Assembly: GCA_035084275.1 (NCBI GenBank)
Contig: CM068742.1
Span: 74,524,001-74,588,000 of the forward strand
DNA from: Hydrolagus colliei
Lineage: Eukaryota
DNA length: 64,000 nucleotides
Direction of reading: 5' to 3'
In this document: one piece after another, positions 11,940 to 24,263 of the stretch
Numbering within the stretch: position 1 is the stretch's first letter
Layout: each line of letters begins with the position of its first letter
The notes under the pieces: model-generated
The model's input: only the letters and a program-made list of their open reading frames with translations
Database searches by the model: none
What the model was told of the DNA's origin: nothing
Program-made: the position numbers and the translations under genes

Positions 11940-13290
11940 CGTCAATAGTGGGCAAACTTCTAGAGTCTATAATCAGGGACAAGATAGATCGTCACTTGAA
12001 AAATATAGGCTGATAAAGGACAGCCAGCATGGATTTGTTAAAGGCAAATCTTGCCTTACAAATCTGATAGAATTTTTCAACGATGTAACAGAATGGGTGG
12101 ACGAGGGCAGCGCAGTTGATGTAGTTTACATGGACTTTCAAAAGGCATTTGGCAAAGTGCCGCATGAGAGGCTTATTAGGAAAATAGAGGCCCACAACGT
12201 TAAAGGGACAGTGGTAGCGTGGATCCACAACTGCCTGCGAGACAGAAAGCAGAGAGTTGTGGTGAGTGGCTGTTTTTAAGACTGGAGGGCAGTGTGCAGT
12301 GGCGTCCCCCAGGGATCAGTTTTGGGACTACTGCTCTTTTTAATATATATTAATGATTTGGATTTGGTTTTAGGGAGTACGGTTTCCAAATTTGCAGATG
12401 GCACTAAGTTAGGGAGAATAGTAATAGTGAGGAGGATGGTAGCCATCTGCAAGAGGATATAGGTAAAATGGTAAAATGGGCAGACACATGTTAGATGAAG
12501 TTTAATACAGAGAAGTGTGAAGTGATACACTTTGGGAGAAGAAATGAGGGGAGGCAATATAGGCTAGATAGTACAATTTTAAAGGGTGTGAAGGAACAGA
12601 GAGACCTGGGGATTTGTGTTAGTGACTCTTTGAAAGTGGCAAGACAGGTAGGCAAAGCCGTTATGAAGGCATATGGGATACTAGGCTTTATAAATAGGGG
12701 TATAGAATACAAAAGTCAGGAAGTGCTGATTAAGACTTTGGTTAGGCCTCAGCTGGAGTACTGTGTCCAATTCTGGTCACCACACTTTAGGAAGGATATT
12801 AAGGCATTGGAAAGGGTGCAGAGGAGATTTACCAGGATGGTACCAGGAATAAGGGACTTCAGCTACGAGGAAAGGCTAGATAGGCTAGGCTTATTCTCTC
12901 TAGAACAAAGAAGATTGAGAGGAGACCTAATAGAGGTTTATAAGATTATGAGAGGTTTCGACAGGGTGAATAGGGAAAAATTGTTTCCACTGGTGGGCGA
13001 ATCAGTGACTCGTGGTCACAGATTTAAAATAGTTTCAAAACGAAGCAGAGGGGAGCTGAGGAGAAATTTTTTCACTCGACAGGCTGTTCGAATCTGGAAT
13101 GCATTGCCTGAAAAGATGGTGGAGGCAGCTTCCATGACAGCTTTTAAAAAGGAACTAGATCTTTATTTAGGAAGAGCAGGTGTATTGGGTTATGGGGAGA
13201 AAGCTGGGCAGTGGGATTGAGTTGCTCTGTTCAAAGAGCCAGCACAGATTAGATAGCCCAAATGGCCTCCTTTTGTGCCGTATGAAACAA
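11940..13290 (+). mobile_element. CR1 LINE, 5'-truncated (RT domain, C-terminus and 3' UTR)
   Basis: [94 protein letters not shown]; in-frame stops present; CR1-type 3' end 'aatggcctccttttgtgccg'. Confidence 0.95.
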
Positions 13291-14151
13291 AATGAAAATA
13301 GGCATTGGTTTACGCCAAATGGTGATTTTATGTTGAATACACACAGTACAGTACTTTATTGTTACCTTACAAAAATCTAAATAACATCCTCAAAGGCATA
13401 ACACAACAATGATTCTCGAGCTGCAAGTATTTGCAGAGGGAGTATTAAATGGATTTTAAAAGTGAGAAGTTTGTAGCATAAAAGTAAAAATGATTCTCAA
13501 TATTTAGGGACCTTTGCAAGAAAATAGAAAATGCTACCAAATTTCAGTAGGAAAAAAAGCTGAACCAACTGAAAGGGCGTCAGATAGATAATTGGGTGAG
13601 TGTACTCGGGAAGCAGAACATTTTGGGTTCAAGCCTCAGTGTGACTGGAGTTCATATTCTATGATGACCCATCAATGCGGTAATGGGAGAGCCCTGCATT
13701 ATCAGAGGTGCCTTCTTTAGATGAGACGTTAAACCAATATCTAGTCTGCCAGTTTGAAGTGGGAATTAATCATCTCGTGCTATTCAAAAAGAGGAAGGAG
13801 AAGAAATTGGTAAGCAAGTTTTATTAATAAAAGGATATTACACAAGAAGTTGTATTGAAAATAGTGTGAAGTAAAGAACTGACAGAATTTTTTCCAATTC
13901 TAAACCTGTCTCTTATGGGCAGTCATGGCTTCATTGCAGCTTGAGGCACCTCCTTTGAACATTGCCTTTTAATTTCTAGTGCTCAGCGGTAGCTAAACTT
14001 AGAGTTTCAGGTAGCTTGATCTCATTTTGATGCACCTACTTTATTAGACAGTACTGTACTGGCATATTTCCCCCGATATTAGTACCACCAACTCAGTTCA
14101 GGGCAGCAACTTTGTATTCTTTCTATTTGTCAATATAGTATTAACATAGTA

Positions 14152-15187
14152 CAGTAGTCTCCGCTTTAGCAGGACAGCTCAGGAGACGATTAAATGTCCC
14201 GTTTAAGCGATGCCAAGCAGCAGACACATTATTCACCTAACACAAAGCTCAGTTTCTGGGCACATGCATTCTACACACACCAGAATCATAACACAACACG
14301 AACAAACACGGGTAAAGTACATGCGGAAATCACGAAAGAATCAACAATGTTATTTTTTCGGTTATAAAAAAACAAACCTACTGTTATTCCTTCTTAAAAG
14401 CAATACAGTCCCTCCCTGTGGCTGTTTCTTCCCGCGCGCGTTCTCTCCCTCATGACACAAGGTTAACTTTCTGTTGTAGTGTGTGTATGCATGCTGACGT
14501 ACAGAGCGTGTACCGCTAGCTAGCGCTGCTGGCAGAACGTACGATCTTTGCACTACATGGATAGCCACTTTGCACACATGCGCATGCTGACCGCCGACAC
14601 TTACGGACGTACATGCAACATTCAGCGTATTGTGTAGCTGATCAAACATGTTGGCACGTAAGTTCATTTGGCGCGGGTAAGTCTTTGACTCACTCACTCA
14701 GCTGTGAAAAGTTTTCTTGTAAACTTTCCACCACTTATGTTTACACTGAACTAGCGTGCCAACCACATGGCTCCACTATGGCTCTTGCTAAGCATGATAG
14801 GTGCCGTTGAATCAGTGTCAGCGCAATCGTGCAGCTACATTAGCTAAGTGCTTGTACATTATATGGCTGGCTGGCTGGCTGCGCTGTTACGTACTCCCTG
14901 TACGTACGTATGGCCAATAAGGTGTTACATGGAAGAAATATGTTACGGCAAGCGAGAATATCGGTGACTAGCAAGAAATATCTGCACAATCGGACCCATT
15001 TTGTCTCATTTTTTGCAAAGTTTTGAAGAATAGAACTGAAAATCTGTGTTGACAAAAAATGTCCCATCAAAGCGATGTGCAATCTCGCTTATCCGATGCA
15101 AATAACACGCATAAAAACAGTCACACGCTGTTTCATCCCAATTAAGTGATCCCGCTTAAGCAGTTCCCGATTATGCGGTGGCACCTG
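14152..15187. mobile_element. Tigger-like MITE (family D, longer copy)
   Basis: TA|cagtagtctccgctttagcaggacagctcagg ... gcggtggcacctg; shares ~250 bp left and ~160 bp right with 10110-10892 but has a different interior. Confidence 0.8.
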
Positions 15188-15200
15188 TTTTATCAATATA

Positions 15201-15946
15201 CAGTAGAAGCCCATTTATCCGGCATCCGCGGGGCATGGCCAATGCCGGTTAACACGCCTGCCGGATATTCGGGCTGCTCATTGCCGAAAACCCACCACAA
15301 AAAAATTAAAATCTTTTAACACACCCCATACACACCAGATTAAGTAATAACAGATAGCGGAGGAGTATTGTGTTGGTGCTTGTTGTTGGGGCTGCTCTCT
15401 TGCGCTTCTCACCTTTACTGGTTGGGGTGTGTGGTCCAGCGATTCCTTTTTCAATGGGGGGGCTCCGCGCGGGTGAAAGAAGCGGCAGCGCGATTTTAAA
15501 GTCACGCGACTTTACCAGCTGGAAGCCAAAGCCCTAGACTCTACTAACGGCAAACCGAAATACTGCACCTGCGCGACAATGTGGGTTATCGGCTAGCGTT
15601 ATCGGCTTGCCGCTAGTATGACGTTGAAGTCATACGTGCTCCGTTTTTTTTGCCCGCTTGGCGTGCTCCATTTTGGGGAGAGTCGCTGGACTGTAAACCT
15701 CAACCGCAGCATCTACCAGCAGGGGTGGGGAGCGCAGTAGAGTAGTTTTAACGGTGAGTGCCAATGCAATATTCTGTTATTATGTAATTATGCATTTACA
15801 AATGCTCCACTGCTATTGTTACGGATAAGCTCCAGTTTATCGAATGGGGACTTTTTTTTGGCATGCCGGTTGTACGGAAGTGCCAGTCTCACTTCCATAT
15901 AACCGGCACGCCAAAAAAAAAGTCACGGCTAAATGGGCTCCTGCTG
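15201..15946. mobile_element. Tigger-like MITE (family E)
   Basis: TA|cagtagaagcccatttatcc ... ggctaaatgggctcctgctg|TA. Confidence 0.85.
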
Positions 15947-16499
15947 TAGTATTAATTGGATATCGCACACACACTTTAAAATTATCTTCAGCATGTAACA
16001 TATTTCTTCTCTTTGTTTCGAATAGCTGTATACTATCAGCTGTTTATAGCCATATCCTAAAATGCCCAGACTCATTTATCACAACTTTGTAAAGCTGACA
16101 GGTTATATTTAACTCAATGAACAGCAAGAAATAGACTTCATCTGCAACAAGCATGCCTTTAAGCACTGTCTGGCTGAATATTGCTAAGTTCCATATAGGT
16201 GGGCTGCTTGCTAATTTTAATTTTAGAAATATATTTTATATACCAGCATATGCTGCATACTAAAAATGGTATCAAGCTGCCTCTAACCCACATTGGCTTT
16301 CTATGTTGATAATACTGTAGCTTGTTAGATTATTTAGGTAATAATACCTCCAAAAAATAATCATAATTTGGTCACTAAATCCACATCTGTTGGTGGGATA
16401 TTAATGTGCACAATTGGGTGCCGCATTTCACCAAGAAAATATAGTCAATTCACTTTACAGTTTATTCTGCAAAGTGCTTTGAGATGTCTCAATGACATA

Positions 16500-17090
16500 A
16501 TAACAACAACAAAAATAATTGGCATTTATATAGCACACTCCACACGGGGCGACATCTCAGAGAACTTCACAATGGCGAAGCTCAAGGCCGAGCCAAGGGG
16601 TGGGGAAAGGGGAAGGTGACCATAAGTGAGGTCAAACAGAAAAGTATTGAGACGCGACCTAACGATGGGAAAGGAGTGGTTGAGGCGAAAGTGTTGAGGG
16701 AAGAAGTTCCAGATTTTCAGGCCTCGTGGCTGAAAACACGGGTCGCCGCTGAGTTGAGGAATAAGTATCAAATGCAAGGAATATCATACAAATTACATTT
16801 GTAAAGCGCCGGAAGGGGGAGATGGAGCAGGCCAGAGCCTGATGAGTGAAGGGAGCAGATAAGTTGATGAGGGGTTAGCGTGGAGCCTGGTGTGCAAGAG
16901 GATATGAGCTGCAGAGTTCTGGATAATCTGCAACTTGTGATGGGAAGCATTAGGAAGGTTGATAAACAGGGAGTTGTCATAGCTGAGCCTAGATATAATG
17001 AAAACATGTATGAGAGGTTCTGCGGCTTGAAGGTTGAGGCAGTTACGGGATTAGGCAATGTTGGGAGAAGACAGAGAAGATCGGCACAGA
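16500..17090 (-). mobile_element. L2-type LINE 3' remnant
   Basis: (CAA)n tail at ~16502; body similar to other L2 3' ends; continues at ~17420-17770 after a SINE insertion. Confidence 0.65.
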
Positions 17091-17092
17091 TA

Positions 17093-17418
17093 ATAGTAAT
17101 TACTATTATAATTATAATAATCCTTACATTTGATATAGCGCTTTTCACGTCTTCTAGATGTCTCAAAGCGCTTCACAGAATATATTGTAAACTGAAGTTA
17201 TTTTACACTGTAGGCAATACACGGCAGCCAATTGCACATAGCAGTGTCCCACAAACAGTTGTAGATTGAAATGAACAATTTATTATTGGTTTGTTTTGAG
17301 GGATTAATATCAGGTGTGTGGAGTAAGGCAACTTGCCCAGGTTTCACTCTGCTTGGAATCAAATCTAGGTCGCTCGTTTGCAAGGCTAGTGCTCTAATCA
17401 CTGAGCTACAGTACTCCA
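17093..17418 (-). mobile_element. Younger tRNA-derived Deu-type SINE
   Basis: Reverse complement matches 31190-31528 (tRNA-like head, Deu-like core, (TTA)n tail). Confidence 0.85.
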
Positions 17419-18275
17419 CGAAAGGTAGAGGAGAAAAGACAGTTGAGGTTGAATATGATGCCTAGGTTCCTGATTGGCTCCGTGAGGTGGAGTGTGCATC
17501 TGTTGTCGCTGATACTGATGGTGCCTGAGGTACAGAGCCAATCAGGAGAGCCTCAGCCTTGCTGACATTCAATGTAGAAAGTTGAGGGTAAAGACAGAGA
17601 TAGAGTGGGTGTCATTCGAGTACATGCAAAAGCTGACCCCACGTCTGTGGGTGATGTCACCAAGGGGGAGCATGTACAGGTTGAAGAGGAAAGGAATGAG
17701 GCAGAGCCCTGAGGACCACCGCACAAGATGGTGCGGGGGCTGGAGGAGAAGCTGTTTCTGGAGATAAAGTGAGGCTTAACTGGACTACTTAACTGTACGT
17801 AATTTGTCAATTAATTACAGCATTTAGCTTTGCAATAGCAAAATGCTTGGAAATTTAGTCAAAGTAATAAAACACATTTTTCCATCTTATCACTGGCACC
17901 CGAGCAGAGTTCCAAATCAACTATCTGGGAGAACTCACCTTCCTTCCCCCTCCAACCTCCCCTATCCCGACCCCAGCTTAGGTCTGAAACACTGACTGTC
18001 CAGTGCCTTGGGACATCGCCTTGGGACAGCGCCTTGTCCAGGACAAGTGATGTCCTGCAGCTTGGTGGCTGGAACACTTGACTTGCAAGCGAGAGACCTG
18101 GGTTTCATTCCAGGCGGGGCGAAAACTTGGACAAGTTTCCTTACTTCACATGCTTAATAATAATCCCAACAAAAAATAAGAATTTGGTCACTCATTCCAC
18201 AACTCGTTGTGGGATACTGAGGGGGGAATGGGCCGTCGCGATTCTTCCATCAAATATAGTCAATTCACTTGACAG

Positions 18276-19512
18276 TAGGGTCCGTCGATATGGAAATTTT
18301 CCGATTTAGATATATCGATGGGCTCATATCGAGATGTACCGAAATATCGATATTTTGGGGTTTTTCATACTGCACATGCGCAAGCGGCACGCACATTCGG
18401 AGTGCGCGCGCATTCGGGGCCTATCTCCTCAGGAGGTAAATATCTTTCTCTGTGTCTCTCACTTTCTCCATCTCTGTGTTTTTCTGTCTGTGTCTCTGTC
18501 CTCTCTCACATCCCCCCCATCTCTATCTATCTGTATATTATCAGATCCACCCCGTCTCTCCCCCCCCACCCCGCCGCCGTCCCTCTCTCCTCCCCCCCCC
18601 CACCCGCCGCCGTCCCTCTCTCCCACCCCGCCCCCCCCGTCATCTCTCCCCCCCCCACCGCCCCCCCAGCCGTCTCTCTGCCCCTCACCCCCCCCAGCCG
18701 TCTCTCTCCCCCTCCCCCTCCCCCCCTCCCCCCCAAGCCGTCTCTCTCCCCTTCAACCCCCCACCCCAGCCGTCTCTCTCCCCCTCACCCCCCCCCAGCC
18801 ATCTCTCTCCCCCTCACCCACCCCCCAGCCGTCTCTCTCCCCCTCACCCAGCCGTCTCCCCCCTCTCCCCCCCCAGCCATCTCTCTCCCCTCCACCCCAG
18901 CCATCTCTCCCACCCCTCCCCCCCAGCCGTCTCTCTCCCCCTCACCCACCCCCCCCACCCCCCCCCCCAGCCGTCTCTCCCCCCCCTCACTCCCCCAGCC
19001 GTCTCTCTCCCCCTCACCCCCCCCAGCCTTCTTTCTCCCCCTCACCCCCCCAGCCGTCTCTCCCCCCCTCCCCCCCCAGCCGTCTCTCTCCCCCTCCCCC
19101 TCCAGCCGTCTCTCTCCCCCTCACCCACCTCCCAGCCGTCTCTCTCCCCCTCACCCCACCCAGCTGTCTCTCTCCCCCTCACTCACCCCCCAGCCGTCTC
19201 TCTCCCCCTCCCCCCCCACCCCAGCCGTCTCTCTCCCCCTCACCCGCTGTCTCTCTCCTCTCACCCCTTGCATACCTGTATATTGTATTCGAGGACTATG
19301 AATACAATATGGCGGCTTTGCACCTCGGTCTGTGCATTGTGTATAGAGATGAGCATTCTGGGTCTTGTAGCTCAGTGTGCTCGCATCCCGATTTTCTACC
19401 TCGATATATCGTTTTTTTCGATATATCGATATTTTTGAAATGCCTATATCGGCATATCGATATGCAAATCATATCGGGTTTTAGCGATATATCGATATAT
19501 CGCCGGACCCTG
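18276..19512. mobile_element. hAT (Ac-like) non-autonomous element carrying a CT-rich minisatellite
   Basis: TIR tagggtccgtcgatat / atatcgccggaccctg; 8-bp TSD cttgacag / cttcacag; many subterminal CGATAT/ATATCG repeats at both ends. Confidence 0.9.
18548..19268. repeat. C-rich minisatellite (unit ~ cagccgtctctctccccctcacccccc)
   Basis: Many degenerate tandem copies; source of three overlapping Pro-rich ORFs. Confidence 0.95.
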
Positions 19513-20149
19513 CTTCACAGTATATTCTAAATCAAATGCAAGGATTATTCTTATTGTTTTTCTTATTTACAAATGTTACACAAAAGTCCAAACCAAGAGA
19601 TATTAATAGCAGATCTAACAGAAAGTTTAGGAGGAGCTTCTTTATGTAGAGAATGGTGAGCTTGTGAAACTCACTACCTGAAGTTGTGGTTGAAACCAGT
19701 GGTGGCTGCTGACCTTTTTGACAGTGAGGCAATCTCAGTTGGTTATTATGACAAAGGGCGTTTCACGATAGCACAAATCTTGGCCCCTTTAACATTGGTT
19801 TTGTTCCCACGCTGGCATTCCCTTGCTCCCATGGCTCCCATTGCAGTATTTCCTCGGTCCTTTATTCCCATTCTGGTATTTCCTTGATCCCTTGCCACTA
19901 TTCCCTTGTTCCCTTGGCTCCTGTCTAGATGATACAGGACCTCACTTACCTCACCTGACGAACCAACACTATTTGAATTGAAACGCTCGATGTATTTAAG
20001 AGGAAAATTGAAGCAATCATGATGGAGAGGCAAATAAAATAATCCTATAATCCTTGCATTTGGTACAACACCTTTAATTACACTGTAATTTTCACAGTAA
20101 ATCCTCTAGCACCTTTGAACCGCTAAATGCAACGATTACTATCGTGCAA

Positions 20150-20468
20150 GATAATAATAATAATCCTTGCATTTGATGTAGAGCTTTTCACATCTTCTAG
20201 ACGTCTCAAAGCGCTTCACAGAATATACTATAAAGTGAATTGACTGTATATTTGTGGACGAAACGCGGCAGCCAATTGCACACAGCATTGTCCCACAAAC
20301 AGTCATGGACTGAAATGGACAATTTTATTATTGTATTTTTTAGGGAGGGCTTATTATTAGGCATGTGGAGTAAGGAAACTTGCCCAAGGTTTCACTAACC
20401 TGCCTGGATTTGCACACAGGTCTCACGCTTGTAAGGCGAGTGCTCTAACCACTGAACTACAAGACCTC
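20150..20468 (-). mobile_element. Younger tRNA-derived Deu-type SINE
   Basis: Full-length reverse-complement match to 31190-31528. Confidence 0.9.
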
Positions 20469-20845
20469 ACAATATGGTTATTCCACATTCTAGACCAATG
20501 TGGTTCAACTGGCAGAGTGCAGATCCGGGACCATCTCCAACATTCCTCCCTTCCTGACGAATGTCTTCCTATGGCAGCAGCAGGAGCCGGCAGCTGGGGG
20601 CACACAGTGTGCAGAGTGGAAATAATGCCAGCCATTACTGCACTGTGTATAAATGTTATCACTGAGACTGAAATTTATTTTTTTAATTGGTAGTGTACAT
20701 GTCAATTTTAATAATCCAACTAAGCTATTTTTGTATGAATCACATCATTATAATTGATCAATCTCGTTCTTTTTGCAGTTATATTCAACTGTTGTGCAAC
20801 AGTACCCTTGACTTGCTCAAAGTGGGACATATGTATCATTTGTTT

Positions 20846-21257
20846 CAAAAACAGAAGTTGCTGGGGAAACTCAGCAGGTCAGGCAGCATCCATGGAGAAA
20901 GGAAAGCGAGTCAACATTTCGGGTCCACAAAGAAGACAAAGGAAAAAGAAAAAAGAGTGTGTTAACTGATGGGTTGAAAATGTGATAACAATGTAAGGGG
21001 GAGAAACAAAAGGGGGTGGGTTTGAAACTGGGGAGAAGAGGTGTTAGTGGTGAAGTGGTCTTTGTCTCCTTTGTCTCCCTTGTCCTGCCTTCCACCCTCG
21101 AACACTCTTACAAACCTCTCCCTCCAAACAAGCCTCTGACAAAGGGTAGTGGACCTGAAACATTTCCTTTCTCCAAGGATGCTGCCTGACCTGCTGAATT
21201 TCCCCAGCAACTTCGGTTTTTGTTTCAGATTCCCAGCATCTGTGGTATTTTGTGTTT
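20846..21257. mobile_element. Penelope-like terminal fragment with inverted 5' part
   Basis: Exact 14-bp direct repeat tgtatcatttgttt at 20832-20845 and 21258-21271; ~60-bp inverted arms containing gatgctgcctgacctgctga. Confidence 0.8.
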
Positions 21258-22217
21258 TGTATCATTTGTTTGCCTGAAATGTTTGATTTCAGAGCCATCC
21301 GTTTGTGTATAATAATAGCAAACGATTAAACATCCGTCAAGTGGTGTTGTGGAATTGCTTCACCACTGGCATCACCCCTACAATTTAAAGCTCTAAAATT
21401 TCTCACTTGAACCTTAATTCTTAGAATTTAACATCGTGGATAATTCTTAAATGCAGTCTTAATTTGGAAACGGGTTTCTTTTTCAGTTCTATTGATGAAT
21501 CACAGAATGAGTTCAATTTAATAATGTTTCAAAATTCTGCTAAATCGGAAATTTTAAGAGAATAGTTTGAAGGCTTAAAGTGTGAGAAATTATTACCGAA
21601 ATAATAATGACAGCACTGAGTTTCTCCCCTACCCACATTGCCTCAGGCAGCACTGAAGCCTTTTGAAAACGTTCAGTGCAGACTTGCTATCTCCTTAAAG
21701 ATGGAGTACAGGATAACTGCAGTTATGTTAAGAGAAACTGTTAATTGCGTCTTTACATTCTGGGAAATTGCCTCTTTATTAATAATAAACGAAAACACAG
21801 ATGAGAAAGGGCCATTTGTAACCCTCCTTTCCACAGTTCATGCATGATCTGCTCTATCAGTGACTGCCTAACCTACCTTGAGGAAAGGCTACACAATGCT
21901 TCTCCCTGCCCTTCAAAGGTAATTCAAGCTAAACTCCAGAAAGCCTATCTAGTCTGACATCCTATTTTATTCATATTCTTACCTGTTGCTTTCCTTAACA
22001 TGACATTTCCAAAATCACAATATCCCCAGGCACGTTGTATAATTCAAAGCATTACTATCTGTACTTATTCTTAATAACCTCCACTGTTTTCAGCCTTTTG
22101 ATGTCACTATTATTCTAAAGTACAGGCAACACACAGTAACAAGTTTTATACCCAGTGAAGGAACCAATCATGTGCACTCCAGTTCCTGGCAGCAAAAACT
22201 CAGTTGATGTATGTATC

Positions 22218-22690
22218 AACAACAACTTTGACTCCATGCCGGACGGCGTCTCAGAGCGCTTCACAATAGCGGATCCCAGGACCGAGCCAGGGGCAGGGTT
22301 AGAAAGGTGACCAAAGGTGCGGTCGTAGAGAACGGTCTTTAACTGTGACCTGAAACTGGGAAGAGAGAGAGCGAGGTGAAGGGAGTGAGGAAGGGAGTTC
22401 CAGAGTCTTGGGGAATAGTGGCTGAAGGCATGGCCGCCGAGGGTGGAGCAGAGGATTCGGGGGACACGGAGGAGGCCAGACCCGGTGGAGCGAAGGCAGC
22501 GGGTGCTGGTTTTGGGAGAGAGATCGGAGAGGTAGGGGGATGCAGAGGAGTGGAGGGATTTGAAAACAAGGGTGAGGATCTTGAAGTTGATCCTCTCAGG
22601 GACAGGGAGCCAGTGAAGTCTGGCAAGGACTGGGGTAATGGGGGAGCGAAGCTTGGTGTGGATGAGTTTTGAATTAGTTGGATTTTGTGG
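22218..22690 (-). mobile_element. L2-type LINE 3' end
   Basis: (CAA)n tail; minus strand encodes HKIQLIQNS; reverse-complement similarity to 50890-51130. Confidence 0.8.
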
Positions 22691-22757
22691 ATTGTGGTAT
22701 CACGTATGGATGCTGCTGCATGATGCTGTAAGGGAACACTATAATCCAGAAAATTGC

Positions 22758-23113
22758 GGAGTTCCATAGGTTCGTGGTTTGTGCACTTGGTTCACAACCA
22801 ATAGGACCCAGATTCAATTCGTGGACGGGTAAAAGCTTATGCAAGTTTCCATACTCCACACCCCTCTGTTTACCAGCAGTATACAGAATCCCAGTTGTTA
22901 GTCGATGGTAGGATCCATGGATAATAATCCCCTCCAAAAAAAGTTTTGTCATTTAATCCATGATATTTATAGGACACAGCTGTGTACAATTGACTGTCAC
23001 GTTTCTCCTGCAAAATACATAGTAAATCCTCATTACAAGTGCTTTGCGAAGTGCTTTGGGATGTTTCAATAACATAGAGCGCTATAAGAAATGCAAGATT
23101 TATTATTATTATT
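22758..23113 (+). mobile_element. Deu-type SINE, more diverged longer variant
   Basis: tRNA-like head, 'ataataatcccctccaaaaaa', Deu-like core and tail 'aatgcaagatttattattatt'. Confidence 0.75.
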
Positions 23114-23398
23114 ATCTATAGAAGGCAGATATTTCATGGATCTGAAGATAGCCTGAAGATAGCCAGTCCACATAATGCAATAATCTAAGTGTTATTCACC
23201 TGATTGAAAAGATAGAAGCCTCATTTGCACAGCTTTATGAAGAATACCATTGAGGCCTGGAGAAAATATCGCAACAATCAGCAAAGGAGCACTGCACATT
23301 CTTACAAATGCACATATTCTGACCTCATAACCTTCATATTCAGGTAATATTAACAATATTGTTGGCGAAGTATCATTAGAAATGACAAAAACACAGTA

Positions 23399-24263
23399 CA
23401 GGCAAGCCCCGATTTAGGACACTTCTATTTAGGACGTTTCAATTAAACAAACATAATTTTTTTTAACACCTTTTTATCAATATAGGACATTTGGTTTTGT
23501 TTTAACAAACAAAATAATATTTTTGCGCATGCGCAGTATATCACAGTCAAATTTGGCGCATCCTTTTGTCCATGTGCACAGTACATAGTATATTTGTGGG
23601 TAAATCGCGCTCGCACCTGATATAATGTATCCAAGCATTTGAACTGGCCAATAGCATGTCACGATGTCATTGTTTTAAAGGCAGCTGATTTTGAAGCGAC
23701 ACCACGTCATGTCAGTATTACACTAATTTCCAAACATTCCCGAGCAATTTCGAGCGATTTATAGCCTCTACCGCGTTTATACCATGTCGGAAAAGAGAGC
23801 AGTAAGTGAAATGTGCAGCAGTAATACCGCAAGCGTCAAGAGATCCCGCAAAGTCATCACTTTAAATACTAAATTGTAAGTGATAAAGTGCATTGAGTCT
23901 AGCAAAAAAGGTACAGACGTCAGAAGGGCTTTAGGGCTAGCTAGATCGACGGTGACTACTATAAAGCAGAATAAGGACAATATACCGGCAAGTTCAAGGT
24001 GCAAGCAGATTATCAAAACATAGGACTGTATTAAAGTTTGCCAGTATTAAAGTACAATACTGTAAAGTTAACCCAAGTACCCCTTTTTGGCTATGTGTGT
24101 TATTTTGTGTGTTATTTAACGTTTAAGGTCCTAGAAGTTTGTGAAAAGAAGACATCTCAGGTTAAAAATGGGACTGCATGGGAAACCACGTTTTGATTTA
24201 GGGCGTTTCGATCTGAGTACCATTTTCGGGAACGCAACCTTGTCCTAAATAGAGGTTTACCTG
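23399..24263 (+). mobile_element. Internally deleted Tigger/pogo transposon with HTH (CENP-B N-terminal/psq-like) remnant
   Basis: TIR caggcaagccccgatttaggaca / tgtcctaaatagaggtttacctg; from ATG 23784: KRSRKVITLNTKL*VIKCIESSKKGTDVRRALGLARSTVTTIKQNKDNI (stop at 23877). Confidence 0.85.

Larger units (their letters stand above)
18062..19556 (+). mobile_element. SINE copy split by a hAT MITE (SINE parts 18062-18275 and 19513-19556)
   Basis: The family sequence 'aattcactttacagtatattct' is interrupted exactly at the insertion. Confidence 0.8.

Noticed and set aside
12495-13220. 241-aa ORF as a host gene
   Set aside because: C-terminal part of CR1 ORF2; the upstream RT has stops and the element is 5'-truncated
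18318-19530. Three overlapping extensin-like ORFs of 327-398 aa
   Set aside because: All three frames are open because of the C-rich minisatellite inside a hAT MITE
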